A stretch of 64,000 nucleotides of DNA. Origin: Felis catus. Taxonomy: Eukaryota. Position numbers and translations under genes: made by a program. The DNA lies in the NCBI RefSeq assembly GCF_018350175.1, contig NC_058382.1, positions 56,980,001 through 57,044,000 on the forward strand, written 5' to 3'. The notes beneath the pieces are model-generated. The model ran no database searches. It saw nothing but the letters and a program-made list of their open reading frames with translations, and was not told where the DNA came from. This document shows, one piece after another, positions 35,553-62,808 of the stretch. How positions within the stretch are numbered: the stretch's first letter is position 1; each line of letters starts with the position of its first letter.

Positions 35553-36825
35553 AATAACTGTGACTATTGGAAAATCATTTCAAAAGAAAATGTCTTTTTA
35601 TCATCCTGGCATTTGCTCAAGGATGTGGCTTTGGGTCAGCCAGCCCCCCAGCCCTGCCCGCGCCCCCCCCCCCCCCCCCCCGCTGCATCTCCCCACACCT
35701 ATTTCAGGATCCCAGGAAGAAGCTGCACAGGAATCCCAGGGTCTCAGAGTCATGGGAAGATAATCCTGCCCCCGGGGTCAGGGGGTCAACACACTGCTTC
35801 CTTTTGGACCCGAGCAAATAGACAGCCACCCCAAAGCATTTCAGTCTCAGTTACTCACAACACTTTACTTCATTCATTTACTTACAACAACGTAGCTAAA
35901 ATGTTACGGTCTTTACTGCCTGCTCTATGCTTGAAGAGAATTGTTTCAGTTAACCCCCACAAGGCTGTGAGATAGGTATTGCTGTCATCTACATCTCTCA
36001 GGTATGGAAACAGCCTTTAAAAAGGGGCGAAACCTACTACCGGTGAGGAAACTGATCAGGCCCAGGATACATGCTCACAGCCTCCTGCTGACCTTCAGAG
36101 CCGGTGATGCTCTCCCGCCTGCCTTGCTTGCCTCTGCAAATGTGGCTGCTCCAACAGTCCTCGTCACAACCCCCCAGTTTCTTACTGGCCAAAAGACTCT
36201 AGAGCAGGATTTTTGAAGCTGAGTCCCAGCCACCGTCAGAGATGGTTCTCTGCATCTCCTCACCTGCGTCTCCTTCGTGGGGCCCGATATCGTCCTGGAC
36301 CCTGTGCCTATCTCCTGGTCCGGCTGATTGAGTGCCGGAAGTCTGATCCCATCTGTCATCAACCCATTCAGCAGATCAGGTGTTCATCAGTAAAAATTGC
36401 TGGGCCAACTTGCAACGTGGACGGATATTGCAAAGGCGCCCTCCACAGGGCTGGCCCCAGGATATGCTCCCAGCAGCAAGTTAGAGGGTGCTTGTTTCCA
36501 CACAGCCTGGGAGCATGGGGGTTTATCAACTTTCTGATCGTTCCAACCCGAAAAATGAAAACTGGTAGCTCAGTGGAGTTTTAACTGGCCTTTTTAAAAT
36601 TATGAACGTAGGTGAGCACTTTTCATGTTTTTAGGAGCTGTTTCAATTTCCTCTCGTATTCCTGATCATATCCTCTCTCCACTTTTCTGCTGGGTTGATG
36701 GTCTTCCCACATTGCCTTCTAGTTTTTTATGTATTAGGGAAATTAGCCGTTTGTAGGCAATATACCTTGCAAATATTTTTCCAAGGTAGTGTTTGTCTTT
36801 TGATCTTGTTTCTAAGCATAAGGAA

Positions 36826-37240
36826 TTTTTATTTTATTTTAACATTTATTCATTTTTGAGAGAGACAGAGCATGAGCAGGGGAGGGGCAGAGAGAGAGGG
36901 AGACACAGAATCCGAAGCAGGCTCCAGGCTTTGAGCTGTCAGCACAGAGCAGGCTCAAACACACAAACCGCAAGATCACGACCTGAGCCAAATTCAGATG
37001 CTCAACCGACTGAGCCACCCAGGCGCCCCAAACTTTTAAAAAAAAATTTTTTTTAATGTTTATTTTTGAGAGAGAGAGAGAACACAAGCGGGGAGGGGCA
37101 GAGAGAGGTGGACAGAGGATCCAAAGCAGGCTCTTTGCTGATAGCAGCGAGCCTGATATGGGGCCCGAACTCATGAACCACGAGATCATGATCTGAGCCA
37201 AAGTGGGACACTCAACCAACTGAGCCACCCAGATGCCCCC
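36826..37240 (-). mobile_element. Two tandem Can-SINEs (about 36826-37029 and 37047-37240) inside an old minus-strand L1 (about 36380-37420)
   Basis: Two SINE bodies ending CCCAGGCGCCCC and CCCAGATGCCCC. Confidence 0.87.
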
Positions 37241-37786
37241 AGTATAAAGAACTTTTTAAAAAATTTTATGTACTTAACTTTACCAATCTCTCTTTTATGG
37301 TCTCTGCCATGTCTCGAAGGACCTTTCTCTCTCTGACGTTACTTTACTTTTATTCCATTTTGTAAAAGTCTAAATCCTTAGGCCATCTAGAATTTATTTA
37401 ATACAGTCTGAAGTTAGGCAGGGTTCTTGTGAGGATTGAGATCATGTGTTTACGTGCCAGGAGGGCAGAGGACATATAGTACGTGCTCAGTAGAGTGCTG
37501 TTATTAGCATGCAGAGGAGGGTAAAGGGCATAGCCAGTGCCTGCACACGTCTCTCTCCTCAAAGACATATCGGGGACATCCGAGGGGGTTTAATGGGACA
37601 TCAGTTACCACTGTGTGACTAAGAAAGAAAGGGGTCCTCTCTCTGGTACCCACAGATCACAAGGTGCCCTGTATATCCCCAAACAAGAAAGCCCCTTCCC
37701 CAAAGCCCACTATCCACCCTCTGATCTCAGCAGGCTCTTTGATGCTGTCCTTCATACTTTGTACCTAGAGGAGTCTTCTCTTTAAA

Positions 37787-37997
37787 ATTTTTTTTTTTAA
37801 CATTTATTCATTTTTGAGACAGAGACAGAGCATGAACGGGGGAAGGTCAGAGAGAGAGGGAGACACAGAATCCGAAACAGGCTCCAGGCTCTGAGCCGTC
37901 AGCACAGAGCCCGACGCGGGGCTCGAACTCACAGACCGCGAGATCATGACCTGAGCCGAAGTTGGACGTCCAACCGACTGAACCACCCAGGCGCCCC
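37787..37997 (-). mobile_element. Can-SINE, the last one before the MLYCD promoter
   Basis: Full body; CTTCTCTTT on both flanks. Confidence 0.9.
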
Positions 37998-38789
37998 AAG
38001 GCTTCTCTTTTTAAAGAGCACAGTGAGCTCTTGGCTGGATTTTCTTTTGGACTCTGCTCTACTTGGATTCAGGCCCTGCAAACTCCCGCCCAACACTCAC
38101 TAACCGTGGTGGAACTCTCTCTCGTGTAAGGAGAGACTGAAATAGATGTGTGTTTGGAGGCTTACAGACTGAGTGTGATTCCACCACCGCGGACACCAAC
38201 AAGGCCACCGACAACTGCATTTCCCGCCCTGTCTTGTGTTTTAAGAATGGGTTCCAAAATCTACAAGTCTGGGAGCCACCAGGCCACAGAGAAATAGAAA
38301 TGAGGTGGGAAGAACAACAGATGTGGCTAGAAGAAAGCATTTGGTTTTTGAACAAGTGAATGACACGCCTAAGTGGATAATCTAGAAAGTTCACTCAGCA
38401 GCTGATGCAAAGAATGGATTGGAGGACTGAGCTTGGAAGCAAAGAGGTTACTGCAGTGGCCCCGGTGAGAAGTGACATGGGCTGTAGTCGCGGGGGGCCA
38501 GGCAGAAGGAATGATGAATTCAGGAGTCCAATTTGTCATTATGTTCTCCTGTCCGTTAGACTGTAAACTCCGTGAGGCACCATCGGGTCTGTCTGGCTCC
38601 TTCTGTTAGCCCCGTGCCTAGGACAGGACCTGGCACATACCAGGTAGTTCATAAACACCCTGTTGAATAGATGAGTGATCAAGGACTTAGGAAGGAGGGA
38701 CAGGTTGGGGACTAAGACGGTTAGGAAAGCCCCGTTTGGCGCATCCACGAAAAGCTCTGCAGCAGGCAGCTGTAAAGCTAGGTCCCGAG

Positions 38790-53392
<14,603 letters not shown>

Positions 53393-54056
53393 ACCTGCCC
53401 TCAAGCAATGTCTCTGACTCAGACAAGGATAATTTTCTGGATGGGTTGGGGGGGTTGGGGTGGCGGATTATGGATCAAAAGAGCCTTTTTTAGTAAAGCA
53501 GAGTTGAAGTGCGCTCTCCTGCCCAGAGCAGGGCCGCACCGGAAGGCTGTGTCCTAACTCCCATCGCGAGAGAGCGAAGGCGTGGTGCCTGGCGCGCGAT
53601 GGGGGCTCCGGTGGTCGCGGGGTGGGTGGGTGTGCTCTCCCCAGAAGAGCGGCCTGGCCCGCTGCCAGAGGGGGTGCGGTGGCACCTCCATCTTTAGAAA
53701 GGTCTAGAGTCTCTGCTGGCTGTCGTCCCGCGGTGGACCGGGCAGCCTCTCGAGGACCCCGGCAGGTGGCCCGGGTGAGAGTAGCTTTTCCCTCGAGCTT
53801 AGAACGTAATTCAGCCGTGGTTGTCTTAGCCGATTCTCTCCACTCGCCGCACAGGGATAGCGGGCTGTGCTCCATTTCGCTTAGATTTGGGAGATGCCGA
53901 ATGCATGAAAATGTTCGTGACTGCACACCGTTTGCCAAAATCGCCGAGCACGCAAGGCGTGGTTGCCTGGGGCTTAAACCGGATCGGAGACGAAGATCGC
54001 GGTGCTGCAGGCTTCCAGTGATCCTCGTAGTACAGAACGGTTTTGTTCTGCGAAGC

Positions 54057-54092
54057 ATTAAATAGGTGGTTATTTAAGACGGTGTGTGTGGT
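54057..54092 (+). terminator. MLYCD: Probable MLYCD polyadenylation signal
   Basis: ATTAAA at 54057-54062 is the first canonical-type hexamer I found after the stop, followed about 20 nt later by the GT-rich element GGTGTGTGTGGT; implies a 3'UTR of about 0.7 kb. Confidence 0.65.
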
Positions 54093-54696
54093 CACCTCCG
54101 AGAGCCGAGACCCCACGGGCTGGGCGTGTGCGGGTGTCCCGTGAAGGAGAGCGTGAGGACAGAGAGGCAGGGAGGGGCGGGGTGTCCGTGTGTGCGTGTC
54201 CTCGCTCCTGCAGACGGGTCCCCCAGCCTTCCGTGCCCTTCATCTTCCAGACCCGACCCCCGGTCCTTGTGCGTCACCTCCCACGTGGGGCTGCTGCCTG
54301 ATCGTGAACGGCGTGACGGCGGTCGCCACTAGAAATTTCTCTCTCTCTGGCGCTGCTCCACTTGGCCCCCAGCTAATCTAGCGCTTGAGCTCTGGAGCCC
54401 CACCAGGCCCGGGGTCCTCGCCCTCGAGGGGCTCGGGGAGAGTTCTTCCAGAGCTGCCTGCCTGAGACCCCAACCCCGCACCCCCGCGTTTCTCACCTTC
54501 TCGCATATTTAGCCTCCTCTTGCGCAACTTTTCAAACCAAATACACAGAAGCGGACAGGATAGCCTAATGAGCCCACGTGCCTGTCACCCGGCTCCTGCC
54601 ACACCCAGTGGTGGTTTTTTCTTGTCAAGCCTCTTGTCATGACTCCTCTCCGGCGCTTCGTAAGATGGGCCGGCTGGCCGGCCGGGCGGATGTGGG

Positions 54697-54940
54697 TGGT
54701 GCAGTGCTCTGAGTGTTGTACCCCCCCAAATTCCTATCTCGAACCCTCCCCGCCAAAGGTGATGGTGTTAGGAGGTGGGGATCAGTGCCCTTAACAAGAA
54801 GCCCCACGGAGCCCCCGGCCCCTTCTACCATGTGAGGTCAGAAGACGGCCCTCCCGCAGCCGTGCTAGCACCCTGACCTTGGATCTCCAGCCTCCACTCG
54901 GTCGGTGATATTTTGTCACAGCAGCCCAGACGGCCTGCGA
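54697..54940 (+). mobile_element. Internally deleted MLT1A-like LTR remnant
   Basis: CCCCCCAAATTCCTAT...GATGGTGTTAGGAGGTGGGG...GATATTTTGTCACAGCAGCCC. Confidence 0.6.
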
Positions 54941-57900
54941 TGGATGGACGCGGGTGGGTGGGTGTCCTGTCTCCGGGCGTCAGTCCAAGTCACCGAAGGG
55001 AGGGAGCCGGGCCGCCTCGTGGTGCCGCGCTGGGCCGACGCTCGCCTCACACCTTGTGTGCTACCGTCTGTTCAACCCCACGGCCCCCAGGAGGGCAGAG
55101 GCGGCTCAAACGGCCCGGCTCACCGCTCCCTGTGGGGGACGACCAGACCGCCCAGGTGTACATATGTCATCCTTTGCAAAATAGCCCCGCAGCGGTGGGT
55201 TCGGAGGGCTGCAGCAGGTCACTGGATCCCCGCGTCGTGAATTTACGTCCCGCTGGTCACCGCCCACCACCCAGGTGACGTCGTGACGCGGGGGACGCGG
55301 GTGTAGGTGCTGTCTCCCGGACCTGGGCTCCAGCACGCTTGCTCTCAGGGAACCCTGGACAACCCCTCGGACCACAGTGTCTTCCCCTGCAAAGTGCCCG
55401 CAGAGGGGACAGACTCACAGCAGGTGCTCAGTACGTGACTGTCCTTGGGTTCCATAGCGTGCCAGGTTCAGGCCTGAAGCCGTGCTCCGCACCCCCCAAC
55501 CATAGAGCCTGCTCTCCCTCCATGTCCCCCACCTTCCCCTTCAGACCCCATCTGAGGAGAGGCTCTGCTCCCCTCCCCCTGAACCGCTGGTCGGAGCCCC
55601 GATACCTTCGTCTCGCTGCTTGGGGGTCTGTGCTTCAGACACCCCCACCCCCCTGCTCCCTCCCCCAGTCTCTCTCCACAAGGGGTTTGCCACAGGCTCA
55701 GTCCTCAGGTCTGCTAGAGATAGGGTTAATTCTGATTCGGGGATGCTGACGGTCTTGGGACCGACCCGCTCACACTTGCTCGTGTCTCCATCCTGTTCTG
55801 AAAGGCAGTGCGCGGCCTCACGGCTGGAGCCGCCTGGCCTCACTTTCCTCGGTCTCCCCATCTGTACACGGGGGAGCCACAGCACACGGGTACGTCAGGG
55901 CTGCTGAGAAGCCCGGAGGAGGGGACCACCATCATGCTCACCTGGGTATAGGTTCCGGATCCTGTCATCCCCTTATCTGGAAATTAGAATGATGGTTTTC
56001 TGGCTTCTGTTGACAATTTCTAGAGGTGACCAAGTGGCGTAATTTGTTCCCCGGGTTAGAAGAGGCGGGAACTTCCAAGGCCGGGAAGTCACTGATGCCT
56101 GCTTGCTCTTTCTCCCCCTCTCCGCCACCCCTCCCTCTCCCCTCTCCCCTTCCTCCTGCCCTCCCTCCCTCTGTCCTCTCTCAGGGCCAGACCTCCACTG
56201 CCCTCCGGATCAAGAGCCACTAAGGGCTAGCACAGCTCTGCCCTCCCTCCGGCATCCGGGGGCATTACACCCCAGCAAGGGGAGTGCTTTCTCCTTACTC
56301 TGTATGTGGCTCGAAAGGGGCGGGGGAGGAATCTCCTAACATTTTTGCAAGGATCAGCTCATTCTGGGCTTTGAAATGAAGCATTAGTCATATTTGAGAT
56401 TTAAATGGAGGGAATGTCTCTCAGATTTTTAATTGGATTCTAAAGCCCTCATTGGAATATGAAGTCCATTTTGATCTGTTAGAACGGACAGCTGCCCCAT
56501 GGCTTCCATTCACCACAGACAGTTTCCGCATTATTTGCAATTAGCAAAATTGATGGAGGGGATCCCAGGTCTCCTTCCTGCCTTTGTTTTTTGTTTCCAA
56601 ATGCACTCGCGTGTCTCATGTCGTTAATTTCTGAGCATCCAGGAAAGGAGCAAGAAATAGCATTTATCTCCGCTCCGGGCCCCATGTTCTCCCGACCTCC
56701 CAACCGTGAAGCCTGAGGGAGTGTCTCTCATTTACAGACAAGGAAACTGAGGCTCCGGGAGGGCCGAGCAGCTGGTGAGGGAGGAGCGGGGAGGCCCAGG
56801 GCCTGGCCAGGGCCCGAGTCTGCCTCCCCACCGCACTGACCCACCTCCGGGGAACAGCTACAGAGAGGAGACACCCAGCCACTTGGCAGGAGTGACAGGG
56901 GACAGAGTCGGAAAGGCAGCCGGGCCGGCAAGCTGACGAGGACAAGGAATGTCAGGACACTGAGGTTCTGGCAAAGAGGGATGGGTCCCGGGCAGGACTC
57001 TCCCAAAGCGTAAATCATTTACGTGATTTACATTGTTCGGTTTTGTGACCTATCTATCCCAGCTGCAAACCAGCGGGTAAGGCGGGTGCTGCCGTGGGCC
57101 GGCCGCCCATCCCGGGGGATCCCAAGGGGGCTGGACAAACCCGAAGCAGATCTCCGGGCTGGGTTCCACCAACACAGTTGCTGAGCAAGAGAAGCCAGTC
57201 ACTCAGGAGATGAGGGATGCGTTTCGGGTGCCAGCAGTGTGGGGTGGTGAGGTGGGAGGCTCAAGCCTCAACCACCCAGCTCTCCCCACCGCGAGATGGA
57301 CACCTAGAGTTTTACGGGAAGAGGTGTGGGGATGGGTACGTGCGAAACAGGCAGGGAGCGTGACATGGGCGGGGCGGTGTCTGCTCAGTGCTCCAAAGGG
57401 GGCGTGTGGCGTGGGATCGTCCAGGCATTCTGCCTCTGTCAGGGCTTTTCGGGCCTGGTGATTGGAATGTTCCAGCCATTGCACAACACTGTCAGTGCCC
57501 CCAAGAAAGCGCGATAGGAAATGGCGGTGGGTTCAGAGGTCTTGTCTCTTTCTGGTTTGGGCTGTTGGCGTCTCCAGTGGAACTAGAGGGCTCGCCGATG
57601 TTTGCCTGCACGGCAGGGACGGATGCCCAGCGCCAGCTAGTTCTGGGCGGAAGGAACAGGGGCTCAGGAGCCGCAAGCAGAGGTAGGGCCGCCCGCACAC
57701 AGCGGGGTATGTGGACCAGCCAACCCCGGGAGAGGCCTGCCTCTCACCGGGGCCCCGCCTCCCCTCCTCCTCCGGCTCTGGCTGGGCCCGCTGGGCCTCT
57801 GCCGCAGACACCGCGTCCCTGGGTCACTCTGGTCACCCCGACCCCACCCTGGCCAGGGCAGGACAGTGGTGGCCCTGCTTGGAGACAGGAAACAGGTCCT

Positions 57901-58598
57901 CTGGGACGTCCGGCCGGAGGCTGGCCCTCTGTGTGGTGCCCTCTGGCCACTGCCCTTACTACCAGTGAGCCGCCAAAAGGCCAGAGGAGTTCCTAGCAGG
58001 ACGAAGGAGGGGCGAGCCTAGCCCAAGGCTGGGACAGAGGCCGAAAGCCCCAGGTCTTCCTGTGGTGCCTGGCGCATGGAAGGGCCCAGGACGTACTCCC
58101 CATCCACTGGAAAAGCGCACTTCTCACTGCGGCTTGCTGGACGGCACATCCCGCCTGCGTGGTTCAGCCCTGCCTGGTAACCGGCAGGGGTGGAGGGTGA
58201 CCCGGGAGCTGCCTTAAGAGGGGTCAGACTGCCCCGAGGGGGGACTGGCCACGCCCTCCAGGGGCCAAGTCCAGCAGGTGCCCTGTGGGCAGCAGTCCCG
58301 ACTGCGGGGTTCCCCAGACACTGTCCGGGCCCTGAAGGGACACGTGCTCTCCTGGCCGGCCTGCTGCCTCCCCAGCCCTACAGATCACTCAAGGCCTGGT
58401 CCCAGGAGCCCCTTCCTTCCCCTGGAGGGTCTCCTCTCCACCCACGTCTTCATGAGGACAGCACGGACCCTCGTCCCCCTGGCCTGGAGCAGTCTCTGAG
58501 GCGCTGTGGTCCTGGAACAGCTGCCAAGATGGCGTCCCCTCCCCTCCCTCTCAGAAGTGGCCCAGTTTGGACAGTCACCTCTGTGGCCGCCCACCGAC

Positions 58599-58601
<3 letters not shown>

Positions 58602-58640
<39 letters not shown>
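58602..58640. repeat. (GT)n microsatellite
   Basis: About 19 perfect units. Confidence 0.95.
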
Positions 58641-58641
<1 letters not shown>

Positions 58642-59075
58642 ACAGCGCAGTGCTCCGGACACGAGCGTGTGCTTCGACGTCCCGCGTGCCCCTGCCATCC
58701 TGCGGGCTCCGCGTGGTCACGGCCTCGTGCAGACCCTCCACAACCAGCTCTTCACCCCTTTCCGGTGAGGCCATCCCCAGCCATCCAGCCTGTCACCCTG
58801 CCCGAAGCGTGCTGTCCCCATGCTCCTCCCCCACGTCCCACCTGCACCCCGGGATCCAGCCCGGGCTGCATCCTGTCTCTGTCATCTCCTGCAAGAAGTA
58901 ACCTCCCGCCTGGCCTGTGTCTATGCAGGACGCTTCCAGACCTGTTTCCACCTCAGCACACAGTTGCCATTTGAAATGCAAATCAGACCAATCCTCCCCG
59001 CTCCTCCCCTCCTCCCCCTCCTCTCTCCCCCCTCCTCCCTCATCCTCACTCCTTCCTTCTACCCGCTTCTCTCCT

Positions 59076-59080
<5 letters not shown>

Positions 59081-59155
<75 letters not shown>

Positions 59156-59172
59156 ACACACACACACACACA
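59081..59172. repeat. Compound (CT)20(CA)n microsatellite
   Basis: (CT)20 at 59081-59120 followed by (CA)n with one TA interruption. Confidence 0.95.
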
Positions 59173-60379
59173 GCCTTCCCAGAACTGTCCTGGGCACTTC
59201 TGTCTGCGGCCTTCTCTCAGCACCTGGAACTCCCCGTGCTCCTCCCAGAACTCCCTGTGTTCCTCCCTGTGCCCAGAGCATGAAGCTCCCTCAGCCTAAA
59301 AGGCTCTCCATGCCATCTCCAGGGGAGGGACTTCCATCTTCTGCATTCTGTCCAATGCTCCTCCCTCAGGAAGTGCCCCTGACCCCCCAACAGGCTGTCC
59401 TCACATCGGGGACCTGTCCCTCCTTATAGCCTTCTCAGCGAGGCACGTTTGTGTGTGTGTGTGTGTGTGTATGTGTGTGTGTGTCCTCCACTAGATAGAG
59501 GCTCCCTGAGGGCCGGGGTCCTGCTTGGTTCTTCCACCAGCACGGGCTGGGCTGCAGGTCACACGGGGGTCCCAGGGCCACCTCCCATCCAGACACCTAG
59601 AGAGGGACGCCTGGCCTTGACCGCACTCGTCGCCTTGCTGTGCTCCTGGGCCGAATCCTCTCATCCCCGTAGAGGCAGGGTCTTTCTGGCCTGGCTTGGC
59701 CCTCGGCCCTGGCCCTCACAGTGTCCTGAGCATGTGTCCTGCCCTGGGGCACAGTGTGGGACCAGGGCACAGCTCTCCTTCCCCCTGGAACCCACGGGAG
59801 CCCCCTTCCTCCAAATTCAGTTCCTGCCCAGGAACCATGACCCCGGCTGCCCTGGGGGAGTGCGCTTCCCTGCAGGCGTAATCAGGGCCGTGGCTTGCAA
59901 GTTGTGGAGACCTCTGTCCCCGTTTCACAGTACAAGACACTGAGGCCAGAGGGCTGAGGGGCCTGCTCGTCCAGCGACCCTGCCACCTCTCTTCAAACAC
60001 AGGGAAATTCAAAAGACAGCTCTTTCGTAGTCCCACCGCCCCCAAGCTGGACCATGTCCCCGGATCCCGTCACCTGGCTGTGAAGGCAGGGTTGCATCTG
60101 TGCGCTGATGTCACAGTGGCCCCTCCTGGGGTTGCGTGGGAGGCTGGACCAGAGAAGCCGGTCGGAGCCCAGCCCAGTGCCTGCCGCACAGCAGGCTCTT
60201 GAGATGTGGTGGCTCCTTGGGTGGTGACAGGCCATGGCTGGAGAGGCAAGGAGTGGTGAGTCCCAGTTCTGCCTCGGGCCGCTGTCCCTCGGGGTCAGAG
60301 ACCGTCCAGTGCTAAAAATACGGGGCCTGGAACCACTGGGTCTGAATCAGCCGATCAAGGGCGCCGCCTGCCCTGCTCG

Positions 60380-60393
60380 CCACTAGGTGGCGG
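60380..60393 (+). promoter_or_regulatory. CTCF core motif
   Basis: CCACTAGGTGGCGG matches CCASYAGRKGGCRS at every position. Confidence 0.55.
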
Positions 60394-62563
60394 TGTTGCC
60401 CCTTCCTTTCCGGGGCTTCAGCGCTGGATCTCCCTTCTCCCCTGGTAACCACCTGCCCGGGTGTTACACCCGCACCCAGAGCTCTCACGGGGCCTGCGGG
60501 GCCTGCGTACAGCACTCAGGGCCCCTGCGTGATCCGGGGCTTCCCAAGCCTGCTGCTCCCGGCTTCCCCAAGGCACCCCCACCGCGAGCTCTCTGGGCCC
60601 CGAGGCGGAACCAGAGGTCATTTACGGGGTAGGAGGAATGAGGCCATTTGTCCCAGAGGACCTCCTCTCCAGTCCTTCAGGACCGAGGACACGACTTCTT
60701 GGTTCAGGCATGGAGCCCAGATCACAAATCCTGCTAAGTTTAGGAGCCGTGGCCCCAAACTGCAGTCATTTGGTGGCCATCGTGACTTTTTATATCCTTG
60801 CCATGAGTAAAAAGTCAGTGTTTCCTGTCACCAAGGAGGAGTTGAGAGCCCAAATAATGGTAAAAACCAAACGTATTCTTACGTTCTGGTCAGATATGGC
60901 TGCCTTCCCCCTCCCTCTCCCCTCTCAAGGAAGAGACGAGTAAGCGTCAGGAAGGATTACGGGGAGACTAGGCACCGAGCAGACTTACGGGTGTTCCCCC
61001 CGAGGACTCACGAAATCCCCAAAAGACTTTTGAAAGAGCAAGGATCGGGAAAGGCCTCCGTGAGATCACTGCTCTGTCCTCAAGAGCCCGCAGAACGGCG
61101 CCCGTCTCACCCTTCGGGAAACGTTTCCGGAGACTGTGTCTCCAGACACACAAAGTGAACTTTTCCTTCGGGCTCATCGAAGGCAGTTTCTCCAGGCGTG
61201 TGAAGTACAGGGACCAGGGGGACAGCCACGGGCAGGGAGAGCTCAGAACCAGGTGTCCTGGCCTGGGGACCCGCCCTCCGTGGCCAGGAAGTGGGCAGTT
61301 CCCCCGTGTGACCCGGTGGCCATTGGCGCAGTGACGTCGGGAGACTGTCCAGGCTCTCTGCGCCTTCCGGAGCGCCACAGCTGCTTGATTAAACTTTTGC
61401 TTAAAAACCAAATGTCTAGCTTCTTGACTGCCGCAAAACCAGCCTATTCAGCGATGTGACGTATCCGATCTTGGCACATTGGGGCCAAGTCCGTGTACCT
61501 GTCCGCTTGTGGTACACGGTGCTTTGGGCTTTGCTAAGCCCTCTGTACCCGCGCTTTCCCCAAATCCTCTGAGTTGAAGCGCACCCTGATGAAAGGCCCA
61601 AAACCAGTCATTTGCAGCCTCTTATCTGCGTGGCTCAGCTCTCCCTCGGTCGCAGCCACAGCAACAGGCCGGCTTGTGGAAGCAGGCAACGGCCACGCCA
61701 AGCCCCTCGTTACCAATTTTTGTGATTCTCAAATCAGCCTTGACTAAAAATGAAGACTTTAACCCAAGACCTCGGGAGCACGAAGCCAGCGCCCTCCAGT
61801 GGAGCAGCCGGTGGCCAAACTCCTGAAAAGGAGCGAGAGGTACTGCAAACAGCAGTAGCCGTCGGCCCCAGCCCGGGGGGGGGGGGGGCCGTGCGGCCCA
61901 CGCTTTGGAGGGCCTCACGTCTCGCAAACACATGCGAGAGAGCCGTCAGCCACCCCGTGGCGCCCCTGTCGCTCCAAACTGAGCCCCACCCGGGCACTCA
62001 CACCAGCCGAGACCAGACAAACGGTCCACGTCTCTTGCTTTATGTCCTTGAATCAAAAAGGCACGGGGCCCCCAGCCCGTGAGGGCTGGTCGGCTGTGTC
62101 ACCCCATCCGACACAGGCACTGCTGGACGGGAGAGGGAAGCTTGGGTATCAGCCGGGGCCGGGTGAGCGGGAGACACATCCTGGCCGTCGTCAAGCTTTA
62201 TACTTCCCGCTGGTGGGAGCCCGGGAGGTCCTTGGGGGGCCGAGTGTAGCTTCCCGTGGTGCTGGTCTGTTTATGAGCCACATACCGCACCCCCCATCTG
62301 GACATGGTGCAACGGGACCCCCCCAGACGTGACTGTGTCCAGGCATCGTTACATCCGTGACGTCCACACACACGCAAACCATGCTTTCCACAGGTGCCTT
62401 CTTCCGTTTTGTCACTGCCACGGGCCACTCGTGACCACAGAGCCCGGGTCATACTTTGTTTGAACCCAGGTATGGGTGCCAGTCCTGGCGTCATCCTTTC
62501 TGAGCTGTGCGGCCGTTCCTGAATTTACACTAAGTGCATGCATCCGTTGTAATTTCTAAAACA

Positions 62564-62732
62564 GGGCGCCTGGCTGGCTCTGTCGGTGAAGCGTGCGGCT
62601 TTGGCTCAGGTCGTGATCTCGAGGTCTGTGAGTTCAAGCCCCGCGTCGGGCTCTGTGCTGACAGCTCGGAGCCTGGAGCCTGCTTCGGTTTCTGTATCTC
62701 CCTCTCTCTCTCTCTGCCCCTCCCCCACTCAT

Positions 62733-62787
<55 letters not shown>

Positions 62788-62808
62788 AATCAATAAACTT
62801 TAAAAATG
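62564..62808 (+). mobile_element. Can-SINE with long (CT)n
   Basis: TSD TAATTTCTAAAACAG at 62550-62564 and 62811-62825. Confidence 0.92.

Noticed and set aside
1..38000. Expected upstream neighbour HSBP1, or processed pseudogenes
   Set aside because: No HSBP1-like peptide or spliced-gene remnant recognised; non-coding exons cannot be excluded by eye
56381..56391. GCATTAGTCAT as an ARE
   Set aside because: Spacing is one base off RTGAYnnnGC; only an AP-1-like TGACTAA
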